63,830 bases of DNA, filler included, from Folioceros fuciformis (GCA_049999805.1; 15 parts of 15 records of this genome joined end to end with filler, not necessarily neighbours in it), one strand, 5' to 3'. Positions 1-12,204 are shown, counted from the whole stretch's first letter. Notes: generated from the sequence alone by a model not told the origin. Made by a program: numbers and translations.

Positions 1-642
1 TTTCCTAGAGTTGTCGCTTGCTTACAAGCGATAAAGTGTATGTGAAGACAACCCCAAGATTTAAAAGCCAAGCGCATACATGGTCCAACTTACTTAAGTA
101 CCTATGAACCCTTTGCCTATTTACATTTAAAGTGCTTCCAAAAGTGATGAGAAAGGTAGCCTTCAACCATGTGAGGCACACTTCCCCTTTCTCCGCTACA
201 CATACAGGTCTGCTTTCACCACAACATATGCCTTCTATTTCTTTAATGCACGCATTAATAACTTGACAAGTTTTAGGAAGTAGCCTAAGCCATGTACATT
301 GTATATCATATACGTGTGACTTGCTTGGAAGCCCCAATTGATTACCTCACACTAGCAAACGTGCATCACCTATGCTATACTAAGCTTGATTAAAGTTTTG
401 TTGCCAATGCTTGGCAACCTTGCTCGTACAACTTAGTCTGATTAGCCTAATTAGAAATCCAAATCTTGTTGAGTCCATGTTTGATTTGTAGTTTAAAACT
501 CCTTCTTTTATAAGTGTGATAAGCATTTGTTTGGCAAACTTGAAACTTCTTGTAAACTTGTCAGCAAACCATGTGCACAATTAATTGGTCCATATTGATG
601 AGTTGCCAGATAGTATGAATCAAGGCAAATGCAGTCCACATC

Positions 643-720
643 TAGTCGATTATATTAAGGGTACACCTTAGTCGATTATATTAAGGGTACACCTTAGTCG
701 ATTATATTAAGGGTACACCT
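643..720. repeat. Tandem repeat, 26-bp unit TAGTCGATTATATTAAGGGTACACCT x3
   Basis: Three identical adjacent copies read directly. Confidence 0.9.
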
Positions 721-1202
721 ATGACAATAGGTGTTTGCTCCCAGATAGCCCTAAATTAACTGGTATTGCATTTACTCCAATCCATTTTGATTCACCCATT
801 CTTTCGCTCTTCATTGTGCCATAGCTAGTTTGGACAAGTATGCAATCGTGCATATTAATCGTTTGCATCTTTTAAGGCAGGTACTGTATTTGAGTTTGTA
901 AGCTGCCTTTGCTAAGGGGCAAAGTTCAATGCTTTGGCAACTTTCAACATTTTCAATCAAGATGAGAATAGGGAGCATAGCTTGACAGTAAAAAGAGGTG
1001 CATAGTGATGTAATGATTTAAGCTTTTGGCACCAATGTGATCCTGCTAGGGGTTAAACTTGTCACTCCTATTTTGACTATTAGAAGCTCATCTTGTAAAC
1101 ACAATTTGGAAACTTATTAATAAAAATATATATTAGTAAGTTTCTTGCATGTTTAGTGATAGCACAAGCAACTTCAATTTAGTATCAAAGCTCATTCCCA
1201 CT

Positions 1203-1213
1203 TGGTATCAGAG
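1203..1213 (+). other. tRNA-iMet primer-binding site (TGGTATCAGAG) of a degenerate LTR retrotransposon
   Basis: PBS motif 2 nt after ...CCCA, a plausible LTR end; a degenerate TAGTATCAAAGC lies just upstream. No coding domain recognisable. Confidence 0.45.
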
Positions 1214-1221
1214 TTTTTTCT

Positions 1222-1290
1222 TCTAAAATCATATTGTTCTCATCTAAAATCATAATGTTCTCATCTAAAATCATATTGTTCTCATCTAAA
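1222..1290. repeat. Tandem repeat, 21-bp unit TCTAAAATCATATTGTTCTCA x3
   Basis: Read directly. Confidence 0.85.
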
Positions 1291-1809
1291 AAAAAGGTTG
1301 TTCAAATGAGGTTGTTCAAATACTATTTTTGTAGGGTCTTCACCTTTTGTAGGGTCTTCACCTTTAAATAGAAGCGACCTTAGGAGGAGAGAAGAAGGAG
1401 AAAAAAAACCTTTATTATAATCAAAACTCAAGATGGATTTCCTTTGTACAACTTTATACCCAGATAAAGTGTGATCTACCTAACTATAACAACATTTTCA
1501 TAGCTGGCTGAGTCTCCATGCTTATCCCATATAGATCCATTATACTATGATATAAGTAGCTACAACTAAAAGTCTCCTTGTTCATCCAAGATAGGATTCC
1601 ATCAGACTTATCTACCACTAGACCACCGTGCAGATAAATTATACATGAAACTTTAAGTATTCTTGTACACTCAACAACCGTGCGACACTTTGCAGTAGAC
1701 GAGATTTCTGTTCCTCATAGTAAGAGGAGCTCTGATAGAAAGTTCATTGAGACGTGAGGGGTTCACTAACGAATAATGTTGACGAGACTTTTACACATAT
1801 CAAGCATCG

Positions 1810-2300
1810 GACAATCAATGCTTACCAAACTGCTGGCCACAGCCACATTTGCTAAAGTCCTTACTCTCTGTTTTGTTCAGGAAGCTACTTTCCCATCTCC
1901 CAGCGCTAGGATGCCCCCACATTCAGATGCCAGCACGAGGCAAGTTTGCATAAACGGGTCTAACATGGGCCTTCTTCTTGCTTCTTCTTCCCTTAGTAGA
2001 GGCGAGGGCTACCAGCCTCGTGCCCTGCTGAATCTCCTCTATCATGGCACTCTACCTTTGCAACATCCTTTTGAATCCATAAACTACGACCTAAGTATTC
2101 CCCACCACACGTTTGCACACGTCTACCAAGCTGTTGGCGACATCAATCTGAAGTCTCTCCTTCCTAATACGTGCATGAAGCTGCGTCCCTTCTCCAAAGC
2201 TGCCGTGCCAACGATTGCACAGGCCTGCAAGGAACAAACAGATGGTAACGATCATAATCACGTAAGAGAATCTGTGTTTACATCGTGGTTGTTAGCAAGT
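1810..2300 (-). pseudogene. Heavily eroded PLS-PPR fragment, paralog of 2565-4955
   Basis: 1820-1950 resembles 3520-3650 (TTACCAAACTG-TGGCCAC-CCACAT...CCAGCGC-AGGATGCCC) and 2100-2250 resembles 3810-3965; no open minus frame. The + strand 195-aa ORF is its antisense shadow. Confidence 0.7.
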
Positions 2301-2564
2301 GCGGAAACGTGTGATGCTCAGACATACAAGAATTCCGTGGGTTGGAGCATTGGATGTACCTAGAAATATCAGGCGCTTGAGGAGAAACAATGAACGCAAA
2401 CAAGCAGACTTTGACAACGGGTAGGAGGCCACCTCAGCTGCTTTGCCCACAACATATTTAATGGGAGCTTTTTTTATTTCGTCTCTTCTTTTCCACCATG
2501 ATCACATATATGCTGGTGACATGACCACATGTAGCACAGCCTTTCTTTGTCGAAGAAACCGGTT

Positions 2565-4955
2565 TCATTCTTCCTCACCAGCCAGAAAGCTATGAACCAC
2601 CCCATCCATGTCTGTCCACCAGCTCTCGCCTGGCTGCTTCCACGCCCCAATTCCTAATCGCTGTGCTTGGATCTGTTCAGCCGATTCCCACATCTGGGCA
2701 TCCGCATACATGTTTGACATCAGCACATAGGCTGCAGCATCTTCCATCTCTACCTTCACTGCTTCATCAAAAGCAAGCCGTCCCACTTCCACGTTGCCCC
2801 ACTTTCGACAGGCACCCATTAGAGTGCGCCAAACTGCAGCATCAGGCAGCACAGGCATGGTCCTTACTAAAGTTAGTGCCTCCTCCAGGTGGCCTGCGCG
2901 GCCCAGGAGGTCCACCATGCAGGTATAGTGCTCAACCGTGGGCTGGATGCCATATTGTCTGCTCATAGCTTCCAAGTACTCACGCCCCTCGTTCACCAGA
3001 CCTGTATGACTGCATACTGTTAATAGACTTAAGAAAGTGATGCTAGCTGGCTGTATGCCATCCTCTCTCATTCTGTGAAACAAGTCAAGCACAACTACAC
3101 TGTCTCCTTGACGGGTATATCCTGCAACCAGTGCGTTCCAAGCGACATCATCTCTTTCTGGAAGTGCCTCAAAGACTTGTTGCGCTTCAACCATGCTACC
3201 ACACTTTCCATACATATTAATTAAACTGGCTGCTACAAGAACGTCAGCTTGAAGCCCTTGTTCTTTGATCTGTGCATGAAGCTGCCTTCCCAGATGCAAA
3301 GCTGCCACATTTGCACATGCCTGCAGAAGACTCATAAGTGTCACACAATTCGGGGCAACCGTCCCTTCTTCGCACATACTTTTGTAAAGACCAAGTGGTT
3401 CTAGCCCCATGCCCTGCTGGGAATATCCTGCAATCATGGCATTCCATGTCACCACATCTTTCCGAGGCAGTCCGTCAAAGACGGCCTGAGCATCCACCAG
3501 GCTGCCACACTTTGCATACATGTTTACCAAACTGGTGGCCACGACCACATCTGCTTGAAGCCCTTGTTCTCTTATTTGTTCATGAAGCTGCTTGCCCTTC
3601 TCCAGCGCCAGGATGCCCACATTTGCACATGCCTTCAGGAGACACACAAAAGTCACATCATTGGGCGCCACAATGCCTTCTTCCTGCATATCCCTGTAGA
3701 TGCGAAGGGCTTCCACTCCCATACCCTGCTGAGAGTATCCCGCTATCATGGCACTCCATGTCACCACATTCTTTTCACAAAGCCCGTCAAACACAGCCTG
3801 AGCATCCTCCAGGCTGCCACACTTTGCGTACATGTTTACCACGCTATTGGCTATAAACACATTGGCCTCCAGTCCTCGTCCTCTAATTTGTGCGTGAAGC
3901 TCCTTCCCCTTCTCCAAAGCTGGTGTGCCTACGCTTGCGCATGCCTGCAAGAGAGACACAAATGTCACAGCATTGGGCGCTACAATGCCATCGTCTTGCA
4001 TAGCCTCGTAGAGACGCAGGGCCTCATGACCTCTTCCATGCTGGGAATAACCTGACATCATGGCACTCCAGGTCACCACATCCTTTTGAGGAATCCTATC
4101 GAACACCGCTTGAGCGTCTTCCAAGCTGCCACACTTTGCATACATGTCTACCAACCCACCAGAAACAAACAGGTCTAGTTGAACGCCACTAGCCAACACA
4201 TCAGCATGCACCTGCTGCCCAGATTCCAAGTCTCCTGCCTTACCACAAGCCTGAAGGGCTGCTAAAAACACATGGCCATCGGGCTTCACACTCGATCTGC
4301 GCATCCGCTCATACAATTGTATGGCTTGGTGATCTTGTCCGTGTTTAACATTCGCTGAAATTATGGCAGACCACGTGTAGGCATCTGGCTCGGCTACGGC
4401 TATGAAGGTATCCATAGCCTCTTCCAACCTAGCATGAGCAGAGTACATACGCACAAAGTGGCTGCACAGGAAAGTATCCGACTCATACCCCTGCTGCACC
4501 GTGAGAGCATGAACCCGGCGACCCTGAGCCAGATCCTTTTTGGCCAGACATTCTTTGAGCATAGCATAAAAAAGGGAACTGGAAACATGACCGTCTGTGC
4601 GCAACAGAATTCCCAGAGCCTCAACCGCCTCCGTGAGCCGCCCCTGCTCACATAGATTGGTTACAATTTCTGCCGTTACACTTATTTCGTGTACTGCTGT
4701 CCTATAACACTCATGTTCATCCTGCACGGTCCAACGAGTGGGATCCAAAAGCAGTTGTTGCCCAAAGATTCCCTGACGACGACCTTCGCCGGAGAATCTG
4801 CTTTCCACCAGACTTCCTCGGTGGACTGTCTTTGTTGCACAGGTGCAGCACCTCTCGACTTCCTTGTCTGCCAAAACTTGGTTCCATGAAGTCAGTTGAG
4901 CGGGAGCTGTGCCTGTGAACCCACCACTTTTTTGCGACAAAATTGTGATGGGCAT
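2565..4955 (-). CDS. PLS-class pentatricopeptide repeat protein with E1-E2 and WW-type box, no DYW domain; putative organellar C-to-U editing specificity factor
   Basis: Intronless 796-aa ORF with ~18 PPR motifs in P-L-S triplets (VVTWSAMI, TFVSLLQAC, MYAKCGSLEDA), P2-L2-S2 (HYTCMVDLLGRAG), E1/E2, ending KQPGESWWTDMDGVVHSFLAGEEE*. Confidence 0.95.
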   Translation of the reverse strand: MPITILSQKSGGFTGTAPAQLTSWNQVLADKEVERCCTCATKTVHRGSLVESRFSGEGRRQGIFGQQLLLDPTRWTVQDEHECYRTAVHEISVTAEIVTNLCEQGRLTEAVEALGILLRTDGHVSSSLFYAMLKECLAKKDLAQGRRVHALTVQQGYESDTFLCSHFVRMYSAHARLEEAMDTFIAVAEPDAYTWSAIISANVKHGQDHQAIQLYERMRRSSVKPDGHVFLAALQACGKAGDLESGQQVHADVLASGVQLDLFVSGGLVDMYAKCGSLEDAQAVFDRIPQKDVVTWSAMMSGYSQHGRGHEALRLYEAMQDDGIVAPNAVTFVSLLQACASVGTPALEKGKELHAQIRGRGLEANVFIANSVVNMYAKCGSLEDAQAVFDGLCEKNVVTWSAMIAGYSQQGMGVEALRIYRDMQEEGIVAPNDVTFVCLLKACANVGILALEKGKQLHEQIREQGLQADVVVATSLVNMYAKCGSLVDAQAVFDGLPRKDVVTWNAMIAGYSQQGMGLEPLGLYKSMCEEGTVAPNCVTLMSLLQACANVAALHLGRQLHAQIKEQGLQADVLVAASLINMYGKCGSMVEAQQVFEALPERDDVAWNALVAGYTRQGDSVVVLDLFHRMREDGIQPASITFLSLLTVCSHTGLVNEGREYLEAMSRQYGIQPTVEHYTCMVDLLGRAGHLEEALTLVRTMPVLPDAAVWRTLMGACRKWGNVEVGRLAFDEAVKVEMEDAAAYVLMSNMYADAQMWESAEQIQAQRLGIGAWKQPGESWWTDMDGVVHSFLAGEEE

Positions 4956-6164
4956 GGCTCGCGGGAGCGCACTACGAACTTACGCATGGAGTGAATGACG
5001 ACTCGTCCTGGGGACTACCTAGATTATCAGATGTTTCGATGACGCGGGTCAACTCCAACGTCCAGGTCACAGACCACTAGTGTTTCTAGCAAGCTTTGAC
5101 AGGACCGTGCCATCGCCGAATGTCACCAAGCCTAGAATGAGCTTCTAAAGCAGCACCCATCACAGCGCCGACGAATGTTTACGTTGGGCTAGAATTTCAT
5201 TTGTGCTTTGGAGTAATGGTTGTTGTTTGTGATAGGGGAATGCCATGCTCCCCTTGCTATCTTTTGGCCGTGATTTCTTCCCCGTACGAGGAGCGCCCAT
5301 ATGTTGGCCAAGGAGGTGATTTCTTCCCCGTACGAGGAGAGCCCATATGTCAATGGCTTATCCCTGAGATATGGCTTCTCTCATTGGAGGACATTAGGGG
5401 GACCATCATTGTAGACCATTTCCTAACTAAGGGCGACCTTTTCCTAAGTAAAGGGGACATCATTATGGCAGACCTTTTCCTAACCCAGGGACCACCAGGT
5501 TTCTATAGTGGTTATTTGTGATAAAGCCATGGCATGCTCCCCATTGCTAGCAATCTTTGGCCAAGGAGGGTGTTTTTTCTCCTGCAAGGAATGCCCATAT
5601 CTCAATAGCTTCTTATCATTGTAAATGTTCTCTTAGCCAAGGGGAACTAGGTTTCTATAGTGGCTTTTCTCATTGTAAATTTTGTCCTAACCAAGTGAAC
5701 CAAGTTTCTATAGTGGGCAGCAAAAGGAAGTACAACAAGGAAGACTTGCAAGTATAGCCCATGTAAGACTTGCAAGTATAGCCCATGTAGCAACGTCATT
5801 TGTTCATCCCCTCACTATTGAAATGCATAGGGCCATGGTAAGGACTTTTCCAAGTTTTAATTTTTCTAGCACTATTGAAATACAGAGGGCATAATAAGGA
5901 TTTTTCCAAGTTTTGATTTTTTTAGGGTTTTAAGACTGCGTGAAGGCCCGTCACATCAGCCGAGCAGCATAGGACTTTTTCGCTTAATGGCATTTTTCTG
6001 ACAAAGGATTTCAATTGCATTACAAAAGCCTTAACAAACACAATTTTTCATAAACATGATTTTGCATAAAACATCAGGCACAGCGGATGCAACTTCAGTG
6101 GCCCCGTGGTAAGTAAGCCATACTATGGGGGGCGATGATAAAGAGCTACAGGCTAGGTGGACGA

Positions 6165-6303
6165 CGGGGCTTAGGACCCCATGCTCGGTTTTTTCCCATT
6201 GGATTAAGACCCCATGCTTGGCTTTTCTCATGGGAGGTTAGGACCCATGCTTGGCTTTTCTCATGGGAGGTTAGGACCCCATGCTTGGCTTTTCCCATGG
6301 GAG
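6165..6303. repeat. Tandem repeat of ~35 bp (GGTTAGGACCCCATGCTTGGCTTTTCTCATGGGA), about 4 copies
   Basis: Read directly; lies in a duplicated, repeat-rich intergenic block (about 5230-6300). Confidence 0.8.
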
Positions 6304-6683
6304 GTTTTTGTCTTTGACACGGGTAGATGCAACTTCCATCTCTTTTTAACGTGCATCTGAATCTGAATGTCTTTCGGAAATAAGCTCCATCATCAATATT
6401 GACTGCTGTTTTGTTCAAGTTAGGAGAGCTGGTGCACCTCCGGGATCGATCGTGCAAGAGCCGTCAGATGCCCAATGTTGAGCTCGGTATCAGATGTCTC
6501 TTGTCGTGGCTGAGGGGACTCTGGCACGGATGTGTCCAACTTGCACACGCTTGAATCCCTGCAGACTTTTCATGTGTATAGACTGTGACCCTCTCAAGGT
6601 CAGCAAATACTTCAGGGTTGAGAATGGGGTCCGTTTGCGAGCATCATCCACGAAAGCTTCTCACCTTGCCCGTAAAAGACAGC

Positions 6684-9209
6684 TCAACTTCGCTCCCCAG
6701 CTAGGAACCTGTGGACCCCTCCGTCCATGTCCGTCCAGCAGCTTTGGCCTGGCTGTTTCCACGCCCCAATGTTTAATCTTCTTGCTTGCATCTCCTCAGC
6801 CGGCTCCCACATCTCAGCACCAGTATATATGTTCGACATCAGCACATATGCTGCAGCATCTTGCACGTCTAGCTCAACTACTTCATCGAAGGCAAGGCGT
6901 CCCACCTCCACGTCACCCCACTTGCGACAACCACACAACAGAGTGCGCCAGACTGCAGCATCTGGCTTCACAGACATAGTCCTTACCAAAGCCAGTGCCT
7001 CGTCAATTCGGCCTGCACGGCCCAGGAGATCCACCATGCATGTATAGTGCTCCACCGTAGGACTGATGCCATAGTGACTGCTCATAGCCTCAAAGAGCTC
7101 TCGCCCCTCGGTCACTAGACCTTTATGACTGCAGACTGTAAGTACTCCTACGAACGTGATACCATCTGGCTGTATGCCATTCTCTCTCATTCTCACAACT
7201 AGGTCAAAGACCGAGCTCGTCACAGTTCCCTTGCTGTTTATAGCCTGCAACCAGTGCATTCCAGGCCACGATGTCCCTTTCCCGAAGTGCCTCAAACACC
7301 TGCTGTGCTTCACTCATGCTGCCGCACCTTCCATACATGTTGAGTAAACTGCCTCCTACAAGCAAATCAGCTTCAAGCCCTTGTTCTTTTTGTTTTTCCT
7401 TTCCCAGATGCAAGGCTGAAACATTTGCACATGCCTGAAGGAGAGACAAATGTCACAGCATCGGGTTCAGCCGTGCCGTCTTCTTGCATGGCCCTGTAAA
7501 GGCTAAGGGCTTCTAGCCCCATGCCCTTCTGGGAATACCCTGCTATCATGGCATTCCATGTCACCACATTTTCCTGGCCAAGTCTGTCAAACACACCCCG
7601 GGCATCCTCAAGGCTGCCACAATTTGCATACATGCAAACCAGGCTGCTGGCCTCAAACACATCAGTTAGATGCCCTCGTTCTCTGATCAGTGCATGAAGC
7701 TCCTTCCCCTCCTCCAAAGCCCGCGTGCCGACACTGGCACATGCCTGCAGTGCAGACACAAGCGTTACAGAATCAGGCGCAGTCAAACCTTCTTCTTGCA
7801 TGGCCCTATATAGACCAAGAGCTTCCAACCCCATCCCCTTCTGTGAATAAGCTGCTATCATGGCATTCCAGGTCACCACATTTTTTTCACCAAGCCCGTC
7901 AAACACATCCCGTGCATCCTCAAGGCTCCCACACTTTGCGTACATGTTTACCAAACTGCTCGCCACATAAACATCAGCTTGAAGTCCTTGTGCTCTGATT
8001 ACTGAAAGAAGCTGCTTGCCCTTCTCCAAAGCTGGGGTGCCCACACTTGCACATGCCTGAAGGAGGCACGCAAACGTCACCGAATTGGGTACAACCTTGC
8101 CGCCTTCTTCCATGGCGCTGTAAAGACGAAGGGCTTCCTGGCCCATGCCCTGGTTGGACTACCCTGCTATCATGGTACCCCACGTCAACACATCTTTGTG
8201 ACCAAGGCCGTCAAACGCTCTTCGAGCTTCAACCAAGCTGCCACACTTTGCATACATGTCCACCAAGCAAATTACAAACAAACAAATCCCGCTCAAGACC
8301 ACAAGCCAGCACATCAGGATGCACCTGTTGCCCAGAATCCAAATCTGCCCCCCTCGCACAAGCCTGAAGTGCTGCTACAAACACATGACCATCTGGCTTC
8401 ACGCTTGACTTTCGCATCCGATGGTACAGCAGCATGGCTTGCGTATCTTGTCCATGCTTAACATTCGCAGAGATGATGGCAGACCACGTGAAGGCACCTG
8501 GCTCTTCAACCATATTGAACACATCCATAGCCTCTCGCAACCTCCCATGAGAAGAATACATTCGCAGGATGTGGCTGCACAAGAACGTGTCCGACTCGTA
8601 CCCCTTCTTCACAGTGAGAGCATGAACTAGGCGACCCAGAGGAAGATCCTTCCTTGCTACGCATTCTTTCAAGATCGCATAGAACAGAGGTTTGGAGACC
8701 TGACAGTTTGTACGCACCAGAACTCCCACTGCCTCAACGGCTCTCCTGAGCTGCTCCTGCTCACATAGCTTGCTCAAGGTTTCGGCTGTCACGAGCCTGA
8801 GAGTGTCACGATCATCCCCCACGCTCCAGTTGAACAAAGGGGCACTGCTAACCACCCGCATATCCAGAACAGCAGCTAGGCTGTAGAAGTTTCCCACCCA
8901 GACGATGAAGACCCGGCCAGATATTCTCTGAAGAAAGGCTGGCTCTCTTCCAGATGTGCCGCAATTCCCGGCCTCGTTACTTGCCAACGCTTGGTTCTTA
9001 CAAGTCAGCTGAACAGGAGTTCTTCCTACAAGACCCCCACACAAACTGCTTGGTTGATTCCACAAACACTTTTCCCAGAATAAGTCTTTTGGCGCTTTAC
9101 ATGAATCCATTGCAACATTAAAGCCAGCCAGGATGTTCAGTACAAGCGACCCACAGATCACTGGTAACGTCTGTAGGCATCTGGGAGGCAACCAGACCGA
9201 TTCCAGCAA
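6684..9209 (-). pseudogene. PLS-class PPR paralog disrupted by frameshifts and a stop
   Basis: Collinear with 2565-4955 across ORF pieces 8229-9209, 8159-8359, 7373-8146, 7204-7449 and 6684-7313. Lesions: AAAC slippage near 8280, TAG at 8159-8161, CT slip near 7445, shift near 7210. Ends KQPGQSCWTDMDGGVHRFLAGERS*. Confidence 0.9.
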
Positions 9210-9966
9210 CGAGAAGTCGTCCGAACTCGTTTATGTGTACATGGAATTTGTCTGGGACATGGAGCCTTTTCATATCCGTGCGCTCTGGCGGATGATAGAC
9301 ATCCACATTTCATGCTCATCATCCGCATTTCATGCTCGCCCCTCTTTCCTTAGAACGTCGATAGGATGTTCTCGTTCAACTACATGCTCGCTAGTACTCA
9401 CCTTTAGTTGAGATCATTAAATTAATGTACAATGGATTTGTAATACAGCTATGACTATTGTAATACAAATAATGCAACAAAGTAAGCACTTCCACGTGTC
9501 TAAACCTTGCATAACCACTCAACATGCCTAAACTTTGTAAAGGCAATTTAACTTGCTTTGTTGAAGAAAGAATCTTGATAAAATTACTTGCTATCGTTGA
9601 AGTAGTAAACATACACATCAGCGGAACAACATTCTCTACTACCAAGATAGTCCATGAGTGAAGCACACAAAAAAATTTACACTTCTAGTCCATCTTACAA
9701 AACATGAGGATGTATTATTCTTTTCAAGTATACCAATGGTTCTGCAATCCTTTGCATAATGGTGTTGTTGTCTATTATAGTAGCATTAACCTTATTCTTT
9801 GCAACTCATATTTTATGTCCTCCAATAGACATAGCTTGTACCTTTTATCCCTCCCATGTACCTTTCTACGATGAGAGCGCTCTCTATGTTAAAACAACCC
9901 ATCAATCTCATGCTGCAAGAGGAATTCAACAATCTCAACCAAAAGAGAGGTTGATAAGTATATGCA

Positions 9967-10030
9967 TAATTAAGAATAATCTCAAAATAATTAAGAATAA
10001 TCTCAAAATAATTAAGAATAATCTCAAAAA
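9967..10030. repeat. Tandem repeat, 21-bp unit ATAATTAAGAATAATCTCAAA x3
   Basis: Read directly. Confidence 0.85.
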
Positions 10031-11157
10031 TCACTAAAAATTGCTTACAAGATGACACCAAGCTAATAAGTACTTTGCAAAGTTATTGTGATCCTTCGAA
10101 TATTGTAAAAGTTTGATACAAGAACCCAGCAAGTTGACGACCTTGTAGCAGCTCTGCTCTACCGCAACCACCATGCGTGTCCCAACCAACTCGACAAGAA
10201 CCATTCAGGTGCAGACTGCCGAATTCAAAGCATCTCGAGGGCGAAAGAATTTCCTCTTTTGAACCACACAAGCGCGGGAGTTGTCGGCCTTGCTGAGCAG
10301 TGAACGACTGGGAAGGGGGGCACAAATCTACACTCGGAGCCCAAACACAAGTGCCCAATTACAACTGGAAGAATGTCTTCCGCTTCCACGTGTCTGCGCA
10401 ATACATGCGGTCCCCTCAAACAACTTACAGTCTTTCCGAAGCAAACATTGGGCGCCAGACGCGTCGGTAGCGGCTGGATCGGGCAGATTGTTGTGGCGCG
10501 GAGTGTCTTACTGTGGCTCGGTGTAAGGAGGATTTTGGTGAAACTGATGCAGCAGGACGGTGTTCGCAAACCCGGCAGTCTCCAATTCAACGCGCTCTGG
10601 ATTTGGAAGTGGGTTGACTATACAGTGGGTCTAACCTGCGGCTTTGGATGCCATAAGCAACTTCGGCGAGTCGCACGTCTGTGGAGTCCGCTCCCGTCTG
10701 GCAGCTGTTTTTGATCCAACTCGGCTTGGTCCTGTGAACCGGGTGTCGTGGTTGATGACACGGAGGTGCAAATCGAGCAAGCTACGAGCCCCTCGGGTGG
10801 GTGCTGGGTGGTGCTAAGACTAGGGCTGTTGCTTCGCAGGCCGCTGGGGAACTGTAGGCCCTGTGCTGGCAATCCAACTCCATTGCTGCCCTCTGCAAGG
10901 TTCGTGAACACGATCACAATGCTTCAATAGTTCTTGGTTTCTTGTTGCTGTCATTGTATGTAGAATTGCCAGGTCTGACCACTATCTGTTGATGCGGAAA
11001 CTGTAAGGTGATCCTGTGCTCCTATCATGAGACTAGCTGTGGTAGATTGATTGCTGTGTCGAGATGTGACTTTCTTAGGGATTTATGTTTAACACTCCTT
11101 TCTGTGTTTTCTAGACAGATCAGCCGTGCAGATTGCTGCATTTGCGATCTGGAGGTC

Positions 11158-12204
11158 ATGCGACTTCCCGGACCTCATCTTAGGCTCCTCAGTAGATCCT
11201 TATCACAACTGCGGTACAATGCAGCGTGTCTTCAACCCCTAACTCCATACCACGTCAGTCCCAGCCCTAGGTCAAGGTCAGCTGTCTTTGGAATGCCCCA
11301 TGCCAAGCTCCATGAGCTTTCGAGAAGGGTGGAGGAAGACGAGGTTCTCGGTGGCCAAAGTTATTCCCCACTCCTACGCAGGCGGCTAGGATTTGGGTTG
11401 GAGCATAGTCGAGGATTTCTGAGTATTGATGGAGATGATGAAGGATTATCCAAGCACTACGAAGAGACGAGGCTGATAGGGTGAGCCCTAAATTTGAAGG
11501 TCTCGAAGAGAGACTGCGATTCACACCCACTCATCCGGAGGATGGAGCTAACATGTTTCCTATTTGTGTGTTCAGGTATTCTCCAGAGCAGCTGTATGCG
11601 GTTGTAGCAGCAGTTGAGCTGTACCAGGACTTCGTGCCCTGGTGTCAAAGGTCTACCATACTGTGGCGGAAAGGGGGGGAAGCTCTGGAAGCTGAGCTTC
11701 AGATCGGATTCAAGTTCCTGACCGAACGTTACATCTCACACGTAACTATGAGCCGGCCCAACTTCGTCAAGGTTATCTTGTGCTCCGGACTGTTCACCAC
11801 TCACCAGTTCCATGCCAGCTTTCTTCTGGTGTTCATATGCAGGGTTATGCTGTGTTTAATTTTTGCAGACCACCTCATCGCAAAGTACCCTATTTGAACA
11901 TTTGAAGAACGAATGGACGTTCAAGCCTGGACCGACTCCACATTCAACGGAGCTTCACTTCATGGTCGACTTCCAATTCCGATCCCCTTTGTATCGCAAG
12001 GTGAGTTATTGGTGTCCAAGACAGCAACTTGTCTGATACACGAAGGTCTCAACTTTTCGTGTTCACCGTATCTTAACACTTGTTGCTCTTGTACAGGTTT
12101 CTCACCTGTTTTTCAACGAGGTTGTTGCGAAGCTCGTAAGTTCATTTGAGGACAGGTGCAGACATGTGTATGGCCCTAGTGTCGACGTCATGAAAAGGAA
12201 GTGA
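11158..12204 (+). CDS. COQ10: Coenzyme Q-binding protein COQ10 homolog (START/SRPBCC domain), likely mitochondrial; exons 11158-11480, 11576-11771, 11869-12000, 12097-12204
   Basis: Spliced translation gives HYEETRLIG|YSPEQLYAVVAAVELYQDFVPWCQRS...EAELQIGFKFLTERYISHV...|LFEHLKNEWTFKPGP...VDFQFRSPLYRK|VSHLFFNEVVAKLVSSFEDRC. All three introns are GT-AG and keep frame; Arg/Leu/Ser-rich N-terminus. Confidence 0.92.

Noticed and set aside
1776-2363. 195-aa plus-strand ORF
   Set aside because: Antisense shadow of an eroded minus-strand PPR fragment.
2663-8630. Many short plus-strand ORFs over the PPR genes
   Set aside because: Antisense artefacts of repetitive PPR codons.
10083-10930. Overlapping short ORFs upstream of COQ10
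   Set aside because: No recognisable motif; more likely promoter, 5' UTR and intron sequence.
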